A DNA stretch of 55,665 nucleotides, taken from NCBI GenBank assembly GCA_034530875.2, contig JAVRCJ020000043.1:1-55665 (forward strand), written 5' to 3'. The notes beneath the pieces are model-generated. The model made no database searches and was not told where the DNA came from. It saw only the letters and a list, made by a program, of their open reading frames with translations. Of the stretch, positions 11,746 through 21,279 are shown in pieces (position 1 is the first letter of the stretch; each line of letters starts with the position of its first letter). Source of the stretch: Nostoc sp. DedSLP01 (GTDB lineage: Bacteria > Cyanobacteriota > Cyanobacteriia > Cyanobacteriales > Nostocaceae). Made by a program: the position numbers and the translations under genes.

Positions 11746-13143
11746 AGGCTTGCGAATTACACCTTGCCAGCGAATAGTTTGCTTAGCAGAACGTTCTCCC
11801 AAAGAACGAATTGCTATGATTTCAATTTCAACATTCACCCCAGGACGTAAAGCTTGATTATCAATTTTCAGCTTACCTAAAGCTAGAGTAAAACGGTTGT
11901 AATCACGAGTCACAAATTCATCAGGAATATCGCCTTCGTATTCAGTTTTATAGCCAGAAAAACCGCGCAAGCTATCTTGAGTGCGAAATTTAACGCGAAA
12001 CTGGGTATTAATGGCATCAGATTTTGCTGCTAAATCAACTATTTTTAAATTCAGGTTTTGTCCGGTATCGGCAAATTCTGCAACAGCTAACCGAGTAACA
12101 TCTTTTTTAGTAATGGCATGGTTAACAGTAAAAGTTGTCAAGTTAGCTTCGCTTTTGCTGCTACCATCAATCCATAAATCCTCAGGAAAAGTTACTTCTA
12201 CTTGTTTGCTGTCAGTTAAATTTACTGTTACTACTTCATTGGCAAAATCAGTGATGGGTTGTCTTTCTTGCCAAACTAATTGAAAAGCCTCTTCTAAACG
12301 CTCCTCAAACTCTCGATAATTATCTGCGATCGCCGAACTAGGCGCAAGTAGAGAAATTGCCCCTGAACGGACATTCCACTTATTTTTTGAGAGTTTAAAT
12401 GGCTTGTTTGTCAATTCGGAAATTGCTAACTTCACAGTCGGGTTATCATCAGCTAAAGGTTCCTTGCTATTGACAATACTCAAAGTTCCTAAGCTTCCTT
12501 CCCTACCATCTCTCCCATCGCTACCATCTCCCCCATCACTACCATCACTGCATCGATAAACCTTGTTAGTACACTTGTAATTAGGAGTACCAGGAGTTCC
12601 CTCACAAGTTCGTACTTCCCATTTGTGCCTGCGACATCTACAGCCAGCCGTACCGTTCCCACCTCTACCGCCGCGTCCGCTTTCGCCGCCAGTTGCCCGA
12701 ACAAAAACATTTCGCAAGTCTGCTAAATTTGTGTAATAAACTGTTATCGAACCACCATTACCCCCATCTCCTCCTTTGCCACCATCACCACCGCTACCGC
12801 CATCTGGTGCATTTATATCGTGGCTAACATTATCGGGTTGGTTTCCACAGTCAGGCCGATAACCGCGTTCTCCATCTTCCCCATCTTCACCATCTTTGCC
12901 CGACAAATCAAGATTCACAGGCGAACCATTAACAAAAATATTTTGGCTTTCACCACTAGAACCATCTCTACCGGAACGCCCATCGCTGCCTGCGCGTCCA
13001 TCTGTGCCATAATTTCTCGCTATTTTATAATATTTATCAGAAGCAAAAGCTGGACATAAAAGCGAACCAGAGGCAGGTAAAAAGTTAGTAAATAAGCAAA
13101 ATGTCAGCAGAAGTGGCAGCTTATTTCTAATACCTTTGTCCAT
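11689..13143 (-). CDS. Secreted collagen-like (Gly-X-Y) protein
   Basis: Signal-peptide-like N-terminus, several GxxGxxG tracts (GTDGRAGSDGRSGRDG, GSDGGDGSDGRDGREG) and a Cys-rich insert. Confidence 0.8.
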   Translation of the reverse strand: MDKGIRNKLPLLLTFCLFTNFLPASGSLLCPAFASDKYYKIARNYGTDGRAGSDGRSGRDGSSGESQNIFVNGSPVNLDLSGKDGEDGEDGERGYRPDCGNQPDNVSHDINAPDGGSGGDGGKGGDGGNGGSITVYYTNLADLRNVFVRATGGESGRGGRGGNGTAGCRCRRHKWEVRTCEGTPGTPNYKCTNKVYRCSDGSDGGDGSDGRDGREGSLGTLSIVNSKEPLADDNPTVKLAISELTNKPFKLSKNKWNVRSGAISLLAPSSAIADNYREFEERLEEAFQLVWQERQPITDFANEVVTVNLTDSKQVEVTFPEDLWIDGSSKSEANLTTFTVNHAITKKDVTRLAVAEFADTGQNLNLKIVDLAAKSDAINTQFRVKFRTQDSLRGFSGYKTEYEGDIPDEFVTRDYNRFTLALGKLKIDNQALRPGVNVEIEIIAIRSLGERSAKQTIRWQGVIRKPLTKAGGRGQEAEGRRPFL

Positions 13144-13272
13144 CTGGTTACACCTAAAATTTAATTTTAATTATCTTCAATAGGCTGCTTGCAAAAGCCC
13201 TTGTTTTGCTCTTTTCAGAATCCAATATCAGACTAGCGTAGTGGCGCTAACATAACGCATGGTAATTACTAA

Positions 13273-13776
13273 TTATGAATTAATTTCTTTTTGTGCAGTT
13301 TTATGTACGCAATAAGTGCTTCCTCTAAAGCTCAATTTATAGGTTACTGGTGATGTAGTTACACTATCTTCTTGAGGTTTGGGATTGGCGCAAACAAAAT
13401 AATTACTTCCTCTAAAGCTCAATTTATAGGCGACTTTTGGTGTAGTTAGTTTATCGAATTTACTATTAGAGTCAGTACGATAGGAAGCCCCACGATAGAT
13501 CAAGTTACAATCTGCTTCAGATTTGCAAACTGGCTGTGGTAATGATTCTATTTTTTCGCTAACCGCTTTATTGATGTAGCGATCGTAACTTGTACTAAGA
13601 ATTACAGGAATTAATAGTAAAACTAGCATCTGCCAAGGAGCTAAAATTAAGCCCACAATAAAGCTAATAAATGCAAATACAGCTATTAAATGTGAAATTT
13701 CACTATTAACTTTTTTTAAGACAAAATAGCTAGCTATCAAACAAGCACACGGTAAAATCAAAAAGTACGAAGCCAT
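13273..13776 (-). CDS. Membrane-anchored hypothetical protein with three DUF4278-like motifs
   Basis: N-terminal TM helices, then LIYRGASY, LSFRGSNY and LSFRGSTY repeats. Confidence 0.7.
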   Translation of the reverse strand: MASYFLILPCACLIASYFVLKKVNSEISHLIAVFAFISFIVGLILAPWQMLVLLLIPVILSTSYDRYINKAVSEKIESLPQPVCKSEADCNLIYRGASYRTDSNSKFDKLTTPKVAYKLSFRGSNYFVCANPKPQEDSVTTSPVTYKLSFRGSTYCVHKTAQKEINS

Positions 13777-14043
13777 TTTTCTTAACTTTTACAGCGAAAG
13801 TAAACAGTTTTTAATGCAGATTCAACTTGTTGGGATTGTTGTTTATATTACCTCAAATTATTTTTTGTCGTTACCGTACCTTCTAAGAAAAACTGTTACT
13901 TTGATACTACAGAAGTAATAAGGAATAGACAAGAGAGAATAGGGCTACAAGTCTCTTTGTATATGGCTTTCTTCTAAAAATTTGTACCTTACTTACCTGC
14001 AATCTGTTCTATATGTATTAGCCTTAAATATCATATATGCAAT

Positions 14044-14077
14044 AAAAAAAAGACGAACTAAGTACGATCGCCTTTTT
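14044..14077. terminator. Possible bidirectional terminator
   Basis: A-tract, GACGAAC...GATCGCC imperfect stem, T-tract, downstream of the 14123-14623 gene. Confidence 0.45.
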
Positions 14078-14122
14078 AAATAAGTATCAAATTTTATTCA
14101 CTTTTTACTGAAAACAATCAAC

Positions 14123-14623
14123 TCAGTATTTAATTTTTTGAAAATTCTCAATTTTCAGATATATTTCTTCATCAGCTATTTGAATGTTGTAATCAACATT
14201 AATTTCCGTTGGATAGCCGAGTTTTGCGTTGTAGTCTATATCCAGACTAGCGGCTCGACGATTGATAGCATCCTGAATCACATTAAAAAGCTTAGGAATT
14301 GTGTTGTATCTGTCAAAGTATTCTGGATTCGGAACTTTTTGACCTGTCTCTACAGAAGTTACTGATTTTATTTGACCGTTACGTACTTCAATAACTACCG
14401 GGCCTCTAGCATCTGGTATACAAAAGCAACTGTTACTAAATGTATAACGATAGTTAGAAATATTTTTTTGATTCCATAAACGGCGATTAAAATTTAACCG
14501 TCTTTGAGCCAAATTAATATTCGTTGATGCATTTGCTATTTGTACGGGAGATTGAGACATTACCGGCAGGCTGGGGCCTGCAAATAGCAACAAGCCGACA
14601 CTGATAATGATAGACAACCGCAT
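14123..14623 (-). CDS. Secreted hypothetical protein (DUF6174-like)
   Basis: Signal peptide, W...I.NYRY...SCFC, TIPKLF, Y...LGYP.I...ADEE pattern. Confidence 0.7.
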   Translation of the reverse strand: MRLSIIISVGLLLFAGPSLPVMSQSPVQIANASTNINLAQRRLNFNRRLWNQKNISNYRYTFSNSCFCIPDARGPVVIEVRNGQIKSVTSVETGQKVPNPEYFDRYNTIPKLFNVIQDAINRRAASLDIDYNAKLGYPTEINVDYNIQIADEEIYLKIENFQKIKY

Positions 14624-14875
14624 ATCAATCTATTAAATACTAAAAAACTGCTTTTTATTATACTAGTAAATTTATACTAACTACAAGAATATTTGTAACA
14701 CATCGATCGCTTATAGAGGCGCACAGCTGTGTGTTTCTAATTAGTGTATTTATCGCATTTTTTGACATTAGTATCACTTGTTTAAATAAACTTTATCTTT
14801 TGATTAAAATTTTAATGCAAAAAGTTTTTGGAATCGGGTATAAATCCTCGTTACAAAAACGGCCTTCTGCCTTCG

Positions 14876-16138
14876 TTATTTGTTGAGACGGTAAAGAATT
14901 TCGCCAGCTTTGGGAACAAGCAAAATCCCCTCATGTTCGTGATTTGACCATTCTGTTAGTTGAATGGTAGCCGGATCGCGATAATTCAAGTTATGAGCAG
15001 CACAACGTTCTGGAGAAATACCAGTGGCTAGAGTCACACAAATTCGCGGTTTTTCTCCTTCTATAAAATCAAAAGTACCCATACCTTTCAAGTGCGTACT
15101 ATGTGCTAGCACTCCCGCAGGATATCCTTGGAATTTATCCCATTGTTTCACAAAATAATCGCGCACATGATAACCAATTTCGGCTAATATCTCACCGTGG
15201 GTATAGCTAAATTCAGTAATATGAGGTGCATAAATAATTACTTCTCCGCCATCTGCTACTACTGGCTCTAGTTTGTACATTCCTTTAGCAGCCGTCCAAA
15301 TGTCATCGTACATTTGGGGCATAACTGAAAGTACTTGTTTAAAAGGCTTATTTACATATTTAATATGCACTTTTGCGGATAATTTAGCAGCAGCTTCCCA
15401 GGCCGATTCTGGTCTATCTATATAAAGTCCAGCTAAGCGATTTGTTTTCGGTGCAACTACCATTGCCAAGCAAAGTTTCGGCGTAGGAATCATATTAGCA
15501 GCTCGGTTTATCAAGCGTCGAACTGGCGTGATTCCAAGGGTACCAATAATTTCATAGCAGGTAATTAAAGCTCCTAACCAATGCGATATATTAATTACTT
15601 CCTGACCGCTAATACCTGGGAAAAAATATTTATTTCCCCCAGAAAAGCCGACAACTTCATGGGGAAACACCGGGCCGCAAATAATTATCAAATCGTATTC
15701 TGTTACCAATTTATTTACACGCACATTAACTTCTTGATGTAGCATTCCATTACTAATTTCTGCTATTTCCGCAGCCGAAATTACTCCACAAGAAATAAAA
15801 GTCTCTGGTAAATTCCAAAGATGATTAAAGATGCGAACTCCTTTAAAAATTGTTTCTCTTTCTTCTGCTGTTACCCCGACTAAACGATTGATTTGTTCCT
15901 CATTCATGGGATTATGCGTACCCAGAGCGATTAAAAAATCTAATGCAGCAACCCTGTGATTTAACTCTTGGTGCAGCAGTCGAAACATTTGCGGGATAGG
16001 TGCGGTGCGCGTTCCATCGGGAATTAATACTAGGATGCGCTGTCCGTTAAACTTAGCATCAGCCAAGGCTTGACGAACAAGTTGGGCAACTTCCTCATCT
16101 GCAAGTGTGCCATTATTAGTTACGGCTAATGAATACAT
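14876..16138 (-). CDS. LarA-family (lactate racemase superfamily, nickel-pincer) enzyme; predicted D-mannonate/D-gluconate 2-epimerase
   Basis: LarA motifs PDGTR, ALGTH, PHEVVGFSGGNK, ISH, WTAAK. The substrate is inferred from the adjacent uxuB/uxaC and gntK. Confidence 0.85.
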   Translation of the reverse strand: MYSLAVTNNGTLADEEVAQLVRQALADAKFNGQRILVLIPDGTRTAPIPQMFRLLHQELNHRVAALDFLIALGTHNPMNEEQINRLVGVTAEERETIFKGVRIFNHLWNLPETFISCGVISAAEIAEISNGMLHQEVNVRVNKLVTEYDLIIICGPVFPHEVVGFSGGNKYFFPGISGQEVINISHWLGALITCYEIIGTLGITPVRRLINRAANMIPTPKLCLAMVVAPKTNRLAGLYIDRPESAWEAAAKLSAKVHIKYVNKPFKQVLSVMPQMYDDIWTAAKGMYKLEPVVADGGEVIIYAPHITEFSYTHGEILAEIGYHVRDYFVKQWDKFQGYPAGVLAHSTHLKGMGTFDFIEGEKPRICVTLATGISPERCAAHNLNYRDPATIQLTEWSNHEHEGILLVPKAGEILYRLNK

Positions 16139-16140
16139 TT

Positions 16141-16995
16141 TTAAACTCCGCTGTAGATACTAAACCCGCCGTCTACCGGCACGACTACGCCGTTGACGAA
16201 ACTAGAACCAGAACTGCATAACCAAATCAAAGTACTGAGTAATTCCTGCGGTTCTCCAAAACGTCCGGCTGGGGTATGGTTGATGATTTTTTGCCCGCGA
16301 TCGCTTAAACTTCCATCTGGATTTAGCAGTAAATCTCGATTCTGTTCGCCAATAAAAAAACCTGGGGCGATCGCATTGACTCGCAACCCAGCACCGTATT
16401 TTTGAGCGAGTTCTACAGCAAGCCAACGAGTAAAGTTATCTATTGCTGCTTTCGCCGCCGAGTAACCAACCACTCGACTAATCGCACGGATAGCAGACAT
16501 AGAAGAAATATTCACAATACAACCTTGGGGTTGATTTCTTTCCACCATCGCTTGTCCAAAAACTTGGCTTGGTAGTAAAGTCCCCATCAAGTTGAGACTC
16601 ACAACTTCCTCAAATGCTGTGTGTGGCATATTAAAAAAACTCGCATCAGGAGTAATTGTGGCAGCCGGAATATTACCACCAGCAGCGTTTACCAAGATGT
16701 CTATCTGACCCCAATGCTTCAAAATGGCGTGTTTGGCTATTTCTAGTTGGGAGCGATCGCCAACATCTGCCAGCACGGCCATACTTTCCCCACCATTAGC
16801 AGTAATATCAGCTACCACTGCATCCGCCCGTACTTCATTGCGGCCGAGAACGACTACCCGCGCTCCCGCCAGCGCCAAACCCCGCGCCATCGCCCCACCA
16901 AGCACGCCATAACCGCCGGTAACTACTGCTACCTGGTCTTTGAGGCTAAAAAGTTTATCCAAAATTAAATCTGGTTTATTTAATAAATCTGGCAT
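16141..16995 (-). CDS. uxuB: SDR-family D-mannonate oxidoreductase (fructuronate reductase, Bacillus UxuB type)
   Basis: TGGYGVLG, NAAGGN, NISSM, YSAAK, VNAIAPGFF and C-terminal VDGGFSIYSGV typical of SDR-type UxuB. Adjacent to uxaC. Confidence 0.85.
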   Translation of the reverse strand: MPDLLNKPDLILDKLFSLKDQVAVVTGGYGVLGGAMARGLALAGARVVVLGRNEVRADAVVADITANGGESMAVLADVGDRSQLEIAKHAILKHWGQIDILVNAAGGNIPAATITPDASFFNMPHTAFEEVVSLNLMGTLLPSQVFGQAMVERNQPQGCIVNISSMSAIRAISRVVGYSAAKAAIDNFTRWLAVELAQKYGAGLRVNAIAPGFFIGEQNRDLLLNPDGSLSDRGQKIINHTPAGRFGEPQELLSTLIWLCSSGSSFVNGVVVPVDGGFSIYSGV

Positions 16996-17116
16996 TGATA
17001 ATTCCTCTATTTGAAAAAAGGGTGTTGCTGATTGAAAACCTCACGCAGAGTCGCAGAGAGCAAGAGTTGAGAAGAGTTGATTTTTGGGTTTCATATTCAA
17101 ATTCAGCAAACACAAC

Positions 17117-17146
17117 TTGTAGAGACGCGATGAATCGCGTCTTCTT
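17117..17146. repeat. Small palindromic dispersed repeat, copy 2
   Basis: TTGTAGAGACGCGATGAATCGCGTCTTCTT, the exact reverse complement of 21280-21309. Confidence 0.8.
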
Positions 17147-17153
17147 ACCTGTA

Positions 17154-18575
17154 TTAGTTCAATTTGTAAGCGTCTTTGGCAAGGTCGTAAGCTAAAGCAT
17201 GAGCCATTTGATAGCCCTCTTCTTCCTCAATTAACCCGCGTATTACTAACCCCGCTAACCAGTTACAAGCTACGCGGCGCCAAACTGTGTGGCGGGCAGG
17301 AATGGAAACAAAAGCCCGCGTATCATCGTTAAAGCCAGCAGTATTATAAAGTCCGGCTGTTTCCATTACTTGATTGAAGTATCGTTCCATTCCATTCATG
17401 CTGTCGTGAAACCACCAAGGCGGCCCCAGCAGTACTGCGGGATAATGACCGGCTAGGGGCGCTAGTTCGCGGCTATAAGTGCTTTCATCCAATCCAAACA
17501 AAATTAAGTGAAAGTCTTTATGATTGCCGTAGGCTGACAATAACGGTTGCAAATTTTCCGTCCACTCTAGTTTCAAGGGAATATCAGCACCTTTATCAGA
17601 TCCAAATCGCTCAAAGACGGCCGGGTTATGGTTACGCATAATACCGCAATGCATTTGCATCACTAGACCATCTTCTACACTCATGCGAGCCATTTCCATG
17701 AACGTATGACCGATAAAACGCTCTGCATCGCCTGGATTTAGCTTGTTGGTTAATGCTCTAGCAAAGATGGCTTCTGCTTCTTGGTCGCTCAGACGGTTAG
17801 TATAAGGTGTCGCTGCGCTATGGTCGGTAGCTGTCGCACCCATTTTTTTAAAGAAAGCTCGACGTTCTTCTAGAGCCTGGACGAAAGCAGCGTAAGTGCT
17901 AATTTCTCGCCCAATAGTACTTTCCAGCTTGGCTAAATTTTCCCGCCAGCCAGGAGTATCTAGATTGACTACTGCATCTGGTCGAAAAGTAGGTCTTATC
18001 TGAGTGAAACCTTCTTGATGTAGGGATTGATGGTACTCAAGGGTGTCACTGGCCGCATCGGTAGTACAAAGAACTTCAATATTAAACTTTTTAAATAAAG
18101 CACGAGGCGAGAATTCAGGTAAAAATAACAGCTTTTGCAAGTAATCGTAGATATATCCAGCATTACGAGAATTTAAAGGCTCGTCCACACCAAAAACGTT
18201 AGTGAGTTCGTCTTTCAGCCACAACCCAGAGGGAGTACCTTGAAATAAGTAAAAATGGTCGGCGAAAAGCTGCCAAATTTTGCGGTGGTCGGTTTCTATC
18301 GGCGAACCATCGCGGCTAGGTATGCCCAAAGCTGATAAAGGTACGCCCCGACTATAGAGCATACGGAAAATGTAATGGTCGGGAATAATCAATAATTCCG
18401 TTGGCGAACCAAAACGCGCTGCGGGATTAGCTAATAAAGCTGGGTCTACGTGTCCGTGGGGACAGACTAGCGGTAGATTAGATATTTTGTCAAAAAATTG
18501 ACGCGCTAGCTGTCTTTGTTCTGGTTCTGGAGCAAAACAGCGATCGCTAGATAAACTCCATTTTTTAGTTAACAT
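17154..18575 (-). CDS. uxaC: Uronate (glucuronate) isomerase
   Basis: PHGH metal motif, PDHYIFRML, LCTTD, PTFRPD, MQMHCG, WWFHDS, GFNDDTRAF, ARH. Confidence 0.95.
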   Translation of the reverse strand: MLTKKWSLSSDRCFAPEPEQRQLARQFFDKISNLPLVCPHGHVDPALLANPAARFGSPTELLIIPDHYIFRMLYSRGVPLSALGIPSRDGSPIETDHRKIWQLFADHFYLFQGTPSGLWLKDELTNVFGVDEPLNSRNAGYIYDYLQKLLFLPEFSPRALFKKFNIEVLCTTDAASDTLEYHQSLHQEGFTQIRPTFRPDAVVNLDTPGWRENLAKLESTIGREISTYAAFVQALEERRAFFKKMGATATDHSAATPYTNRLSDQEAEAIFARALTNKLNPGDAERFIGHTFMEMARMSVEDGLVMQMHCGIMRNHNPAVFERFGSDKGADIPLKLEWTENLQPLLSAYGNHKDFHLILFGLDESTYSRELAPLAGHYPAVLLGPPWWFHDSMNGMERYFNQVMETAGLYNTAGFNDDTRAFVSIPARHTVWRRVACNWLAGLVIRGLIEEEEGYQMAHALAYDLAKDAYKLN

Positions 18576-18600
18576 ACTTTACTATCCAAAGTCTAAAAAT

Positions 18601-19731
18601 TTACGTACCTGAAAATGGGCATTGGGCATCGGGCATTGGGCATTGACCTTGGGGTACGGGACATTGGTTATTCTTCACCTGCTCCCTGCCTCCCCCACCA
18701 CTCCCTTGCTCGAATGCAGCAGTACTACTGCGCTGTACTAGAAAAGGAGATAAAACGATGTTTTCTACACTTTTGTCTTGTAATAAGTCGAGTAACATTT
18801 GCATAGCCGAGCGACCAATTTCTAACATTGGTTGACAAACTGTTGTCAGCGAAGGGGTTATGTAACGGCAAAGAGCAATATCGTCAAATCCAACTAAACT
18901 TAAATCTTGGGGTACTGAAATATTTAGTTCTCGGCAGGCTAAGAGAGCGCCAACTGCTACCATATCGTTGTAACAAAAGATGCCTGTGACGCCAGCGTTA
19001 AATAGTTGAGGTAGCATTTTTTTGCCAGTATCAACATCGCTGATTCTGATAATTTCTTCATCGCTAATTGCCACCCAATCGCTGTTTTGTGGCAATCCAG
19101 CCTCCCTTAAAGCCGTGCGATATCCTTCTAAACGCAAGTAGTTCGACTGACTGCGATCGCCTACACCCAAGTAACCAATAGCCCTATGTCCCAAACTTAT
19201 CAGATGCTCTACCGCCAATCGACCGCCTAACAAGTCATCTACTGTCACTGTGTGAAATGTTTCAGGTTGATTTTCTGTCTGGCTATTAATCAAAACTATC
19301 GGTACAGCAATTTCTCCTACTTCATTTGTATTATTTTTATTAATTCGCGAATCAGTGACTAATATGCCGTCCACTCTGCGACGATGAAAATTATCAATAG
19401 CTGCTATTTCCTGCTCGAAATCCCGATGTGAAGCAGTTAAGAAAACACTCAAACCTGCCGTTCTCGCTACCTGTTCGATTCCCTCTACCACCTCAGCGTA
19501 AAAGGGATCTGCAATTGAAGTCACAACTACCCCAACAGTATTAGTGCGCTGATTTTGCAAACTTTGAGCGATCGCGTTTGGTACATAGTTCATCTCCCGC
19601 GCTATTTTCTTAATTTCCTCTCTCACCTTCGGGCTAATTAAAGAGTTATCTCGCAAAGCACGTGAAACTGTAGAATGAGAAACGCCTGCCCGACGAGCAA
19701 TATCTTCGATGGAAACTTTTCGTTTCTTCAT
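18601..19731 (-). CDS. LacI-family transcriptional regulator (C-terminal tail derived from STRR repeats)
   Basis: SIEDIARRAGVSHSTVSRAL HTH, YVPNAIAQSL hinge, FCYNDMVAVG, GFDD, LTTV. Confidence 0.95.
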   Translation of the reverse strand: MKKRKVSIEDIARRAGVSHSTVSRALRDNSLISPKVREEIKKIAREMNYVPNAIAQSLQNQRTNTVGVVVTSIADPFYAEVVEGIEQVARTAGLSVFLTASHRDFEQEIAAIDNFHRRRVDGILVTDSRINKNNTNEVGEIAVPIVLINSQTENQPETFHTVTVDDLLGGRLAVEHLISLGHRAIGYLGVGDRSQSNYLRLEGYRTALREAGLPQNSDWVAISDEEIIRISDVDTGKKMLPQLFNAGVTGIFCYNDMVAVGALLACRELNISVPQDLSLVGFDDIALCRYITPSLTTVCQPMLEIGRSAMQMLLDLLQDKSVENIVLSPFLVQRSSTAAFEQGSGGGGREQVKNNQCPVPQGQCPMPDAQCPFSGT

Positions 19732-19745
19732 AATCTTACCATATT

Positions 19746-19765
19746 TAATGCAAACGTGTGCATTA
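19746..19765. promoter_or_regulatory. LacI-type operator upstream of the lacI-uxaC-uxuB-larA operon
   Basis: TAATGCAAACGTGTGCATTA near-palindrome with central CG, 15 bp upstream of the ATG. Matches the sites upstream of miox. Confidence 0.75.
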
Positions 19766-20132
19766 TAATTTTAATTATTAGCAAAGTTGAGCCATCTGTC
19801 AATCTATTTCCCCAGTGACTAAAGACAAATCTGGAGTCAGGATAAAAATGTAACAAAAAGTTAACTAAAAGTTTGTTGTATCAAAAAGAAATATTTCAGT
19901 TGACTTACTTTATTGTTACTCAAGCAAGTTCGCATGATGGCGATCGCAGTAAATATATCGCGTTTGGTAAAAGGCTTATGAATTAGACAAATGCAGAAAA
20001 ATTTTAATTAATAATAGAGCAGATTTCCACGAAATTGTAGTACCCCATCTAAATCTGATATTAAGCTAACACAGCATCCTAACTCTAATTCTGACTCCTG
20101 AATTCTCACTTCTTAACTTTTTTTGCAAAACT

Positions 20133-20633
20133 ATGAACGACAAATCAATGGTTATCCTCGTTATGGGTGTTTCTGGAGCTGGTAAAACCACCATTGGAAA
20201 ACTGCTAGCAGAATCTTTAGGCTGGGAATTTAGCGATGCTGATACTTTTCATTCGCCAGAGAATGTAGAGAAAATGCGGTGCGGTATTCCCCTGACTGAA
20301 GCAGACAGAATACCTTGGTTACAAGATTTGCAAACAGCTATTAAAAACTGGCTGCAAGAAAATAAAAATATGGTTTTGGCGTGTTCGGCTCTCAAAGAAA
20401 GCTATCGGCAATTTCTGGTAGTGGATAGCCAACGCATGAAACTAGTTTACCTTAAAGGCTCTTATCAATTAATTCAAAAGCGCTTGCAAGAGCGTCACAA
20501 TCACTACATGAGCGAGAAACTGTTAGACAGCCAGTTTAATACTCTAGAAGAACCATTAGACACTATATATATAGATGTTATTGAGACACCCAAGGTAATT
20601 GTCCAAAACATTATAACAGCTTTAGGAATTTAG
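20133..20633 (+). CDS. gntK: Gluconokinase (GntK/IdnK type)
   Basis: MGVSGAGKTT, DADTFH...NVEKM..GIPL.EADRIPWL, ACSALK.SYR, LLDSQF.TLEEP. Confidence 0.93.
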   Translation: MNDKSMVILVMGVSGAGKTTIGKLLAESLGWEFSDADTFHSPENVEKMRCGIPLTEADRIPWLQDLQTAIKNWLQENKNMVLACSALKESYRQFLVVDSQRMKLVYLKGSYQLIQKRLQERHNHYMSEKLLDSQFNTLEEPLDTIYIDVIETPKVIVQNIITALGI

Positions 20634-20789
20634 CATCTATCTTTGGGTGTGTGTCTATTTAGGTATGGAAAGAAACACTATGTTAGTGTAGAAAATAGGG
20701 AATGTAGCGACTATAAGAAGTTTTTTCAAGCAATCAAATAGGAGTTATATATCAAGCGATCGCATTATTTTGGTGAGAGGAGGAAAGTA

Positions 20790-21122
20790 GTGTTTCGTAG
20801 ATTAGCTCAACAACATCAGGAAGTAGTCCAAGACTTAGTAATGAACCTGGAAGCTTTATCAATAGCACTTGAGAAACGCGGTTATACTACGTCTTGTTAC
20901 ACGTGCGGCAACCAAATCAAGAGTGCTTCATTTATGGTTAGCCTGGGAGAAAAGCACCTGATTCGATTTATAGTTTCTGATTACGGCATTACTTGGATGG
21001 AAATTTTTGATGACCGCGAATTAATGAAGCTAGAGGGTGCAGAAGCAATCAATCAGTTGCAGGAGTTGTCCGATATTATCAAGTATCCACAGCAACAAAT
21101 TAATATTGTTAGCCATCCATAG
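20790..21122 (+). CDS. DUF1815-like cyanobacterial hypothetical protein
   Basis: MF.RLAQQH...VQDLVMNL.AL...LE.RGY..SCYTCG pattern, GAGGAGG RBS, GTG start. Confidence 0.7.
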   Translation: MFRRLAQQHQEVVQDLVMNLEALSIALEKRGYTTSCYTCGNQIKSASFMVSLGEKHLIRFIVSDYGITWMEIFDDRELMKLEGAEAINQLQELSDIIKYPQQQINIVSHP

Positions 21123-21279
21123 CAAAAAATTCATTTAGTTAAGTCAATAGTATTTTTTGAAGGCAAAATACACACTTGCTTCAATAGATAAAAAACTTAA
21201 CAATTACGTTGTGCGGCAACTACCAACTGCCAAACGCGAACATCCTACAACGGCAACAACAGCAACACATCATTGGGTG

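Noticed and set aside
14876..16138. Annotation as a true lactate racemase (larA)
   Set aside because: No lactate-related genes are nearby, and the hexuronate/gluconate context argues for a sugar-acid epimerase. The gene symbol was withheld.
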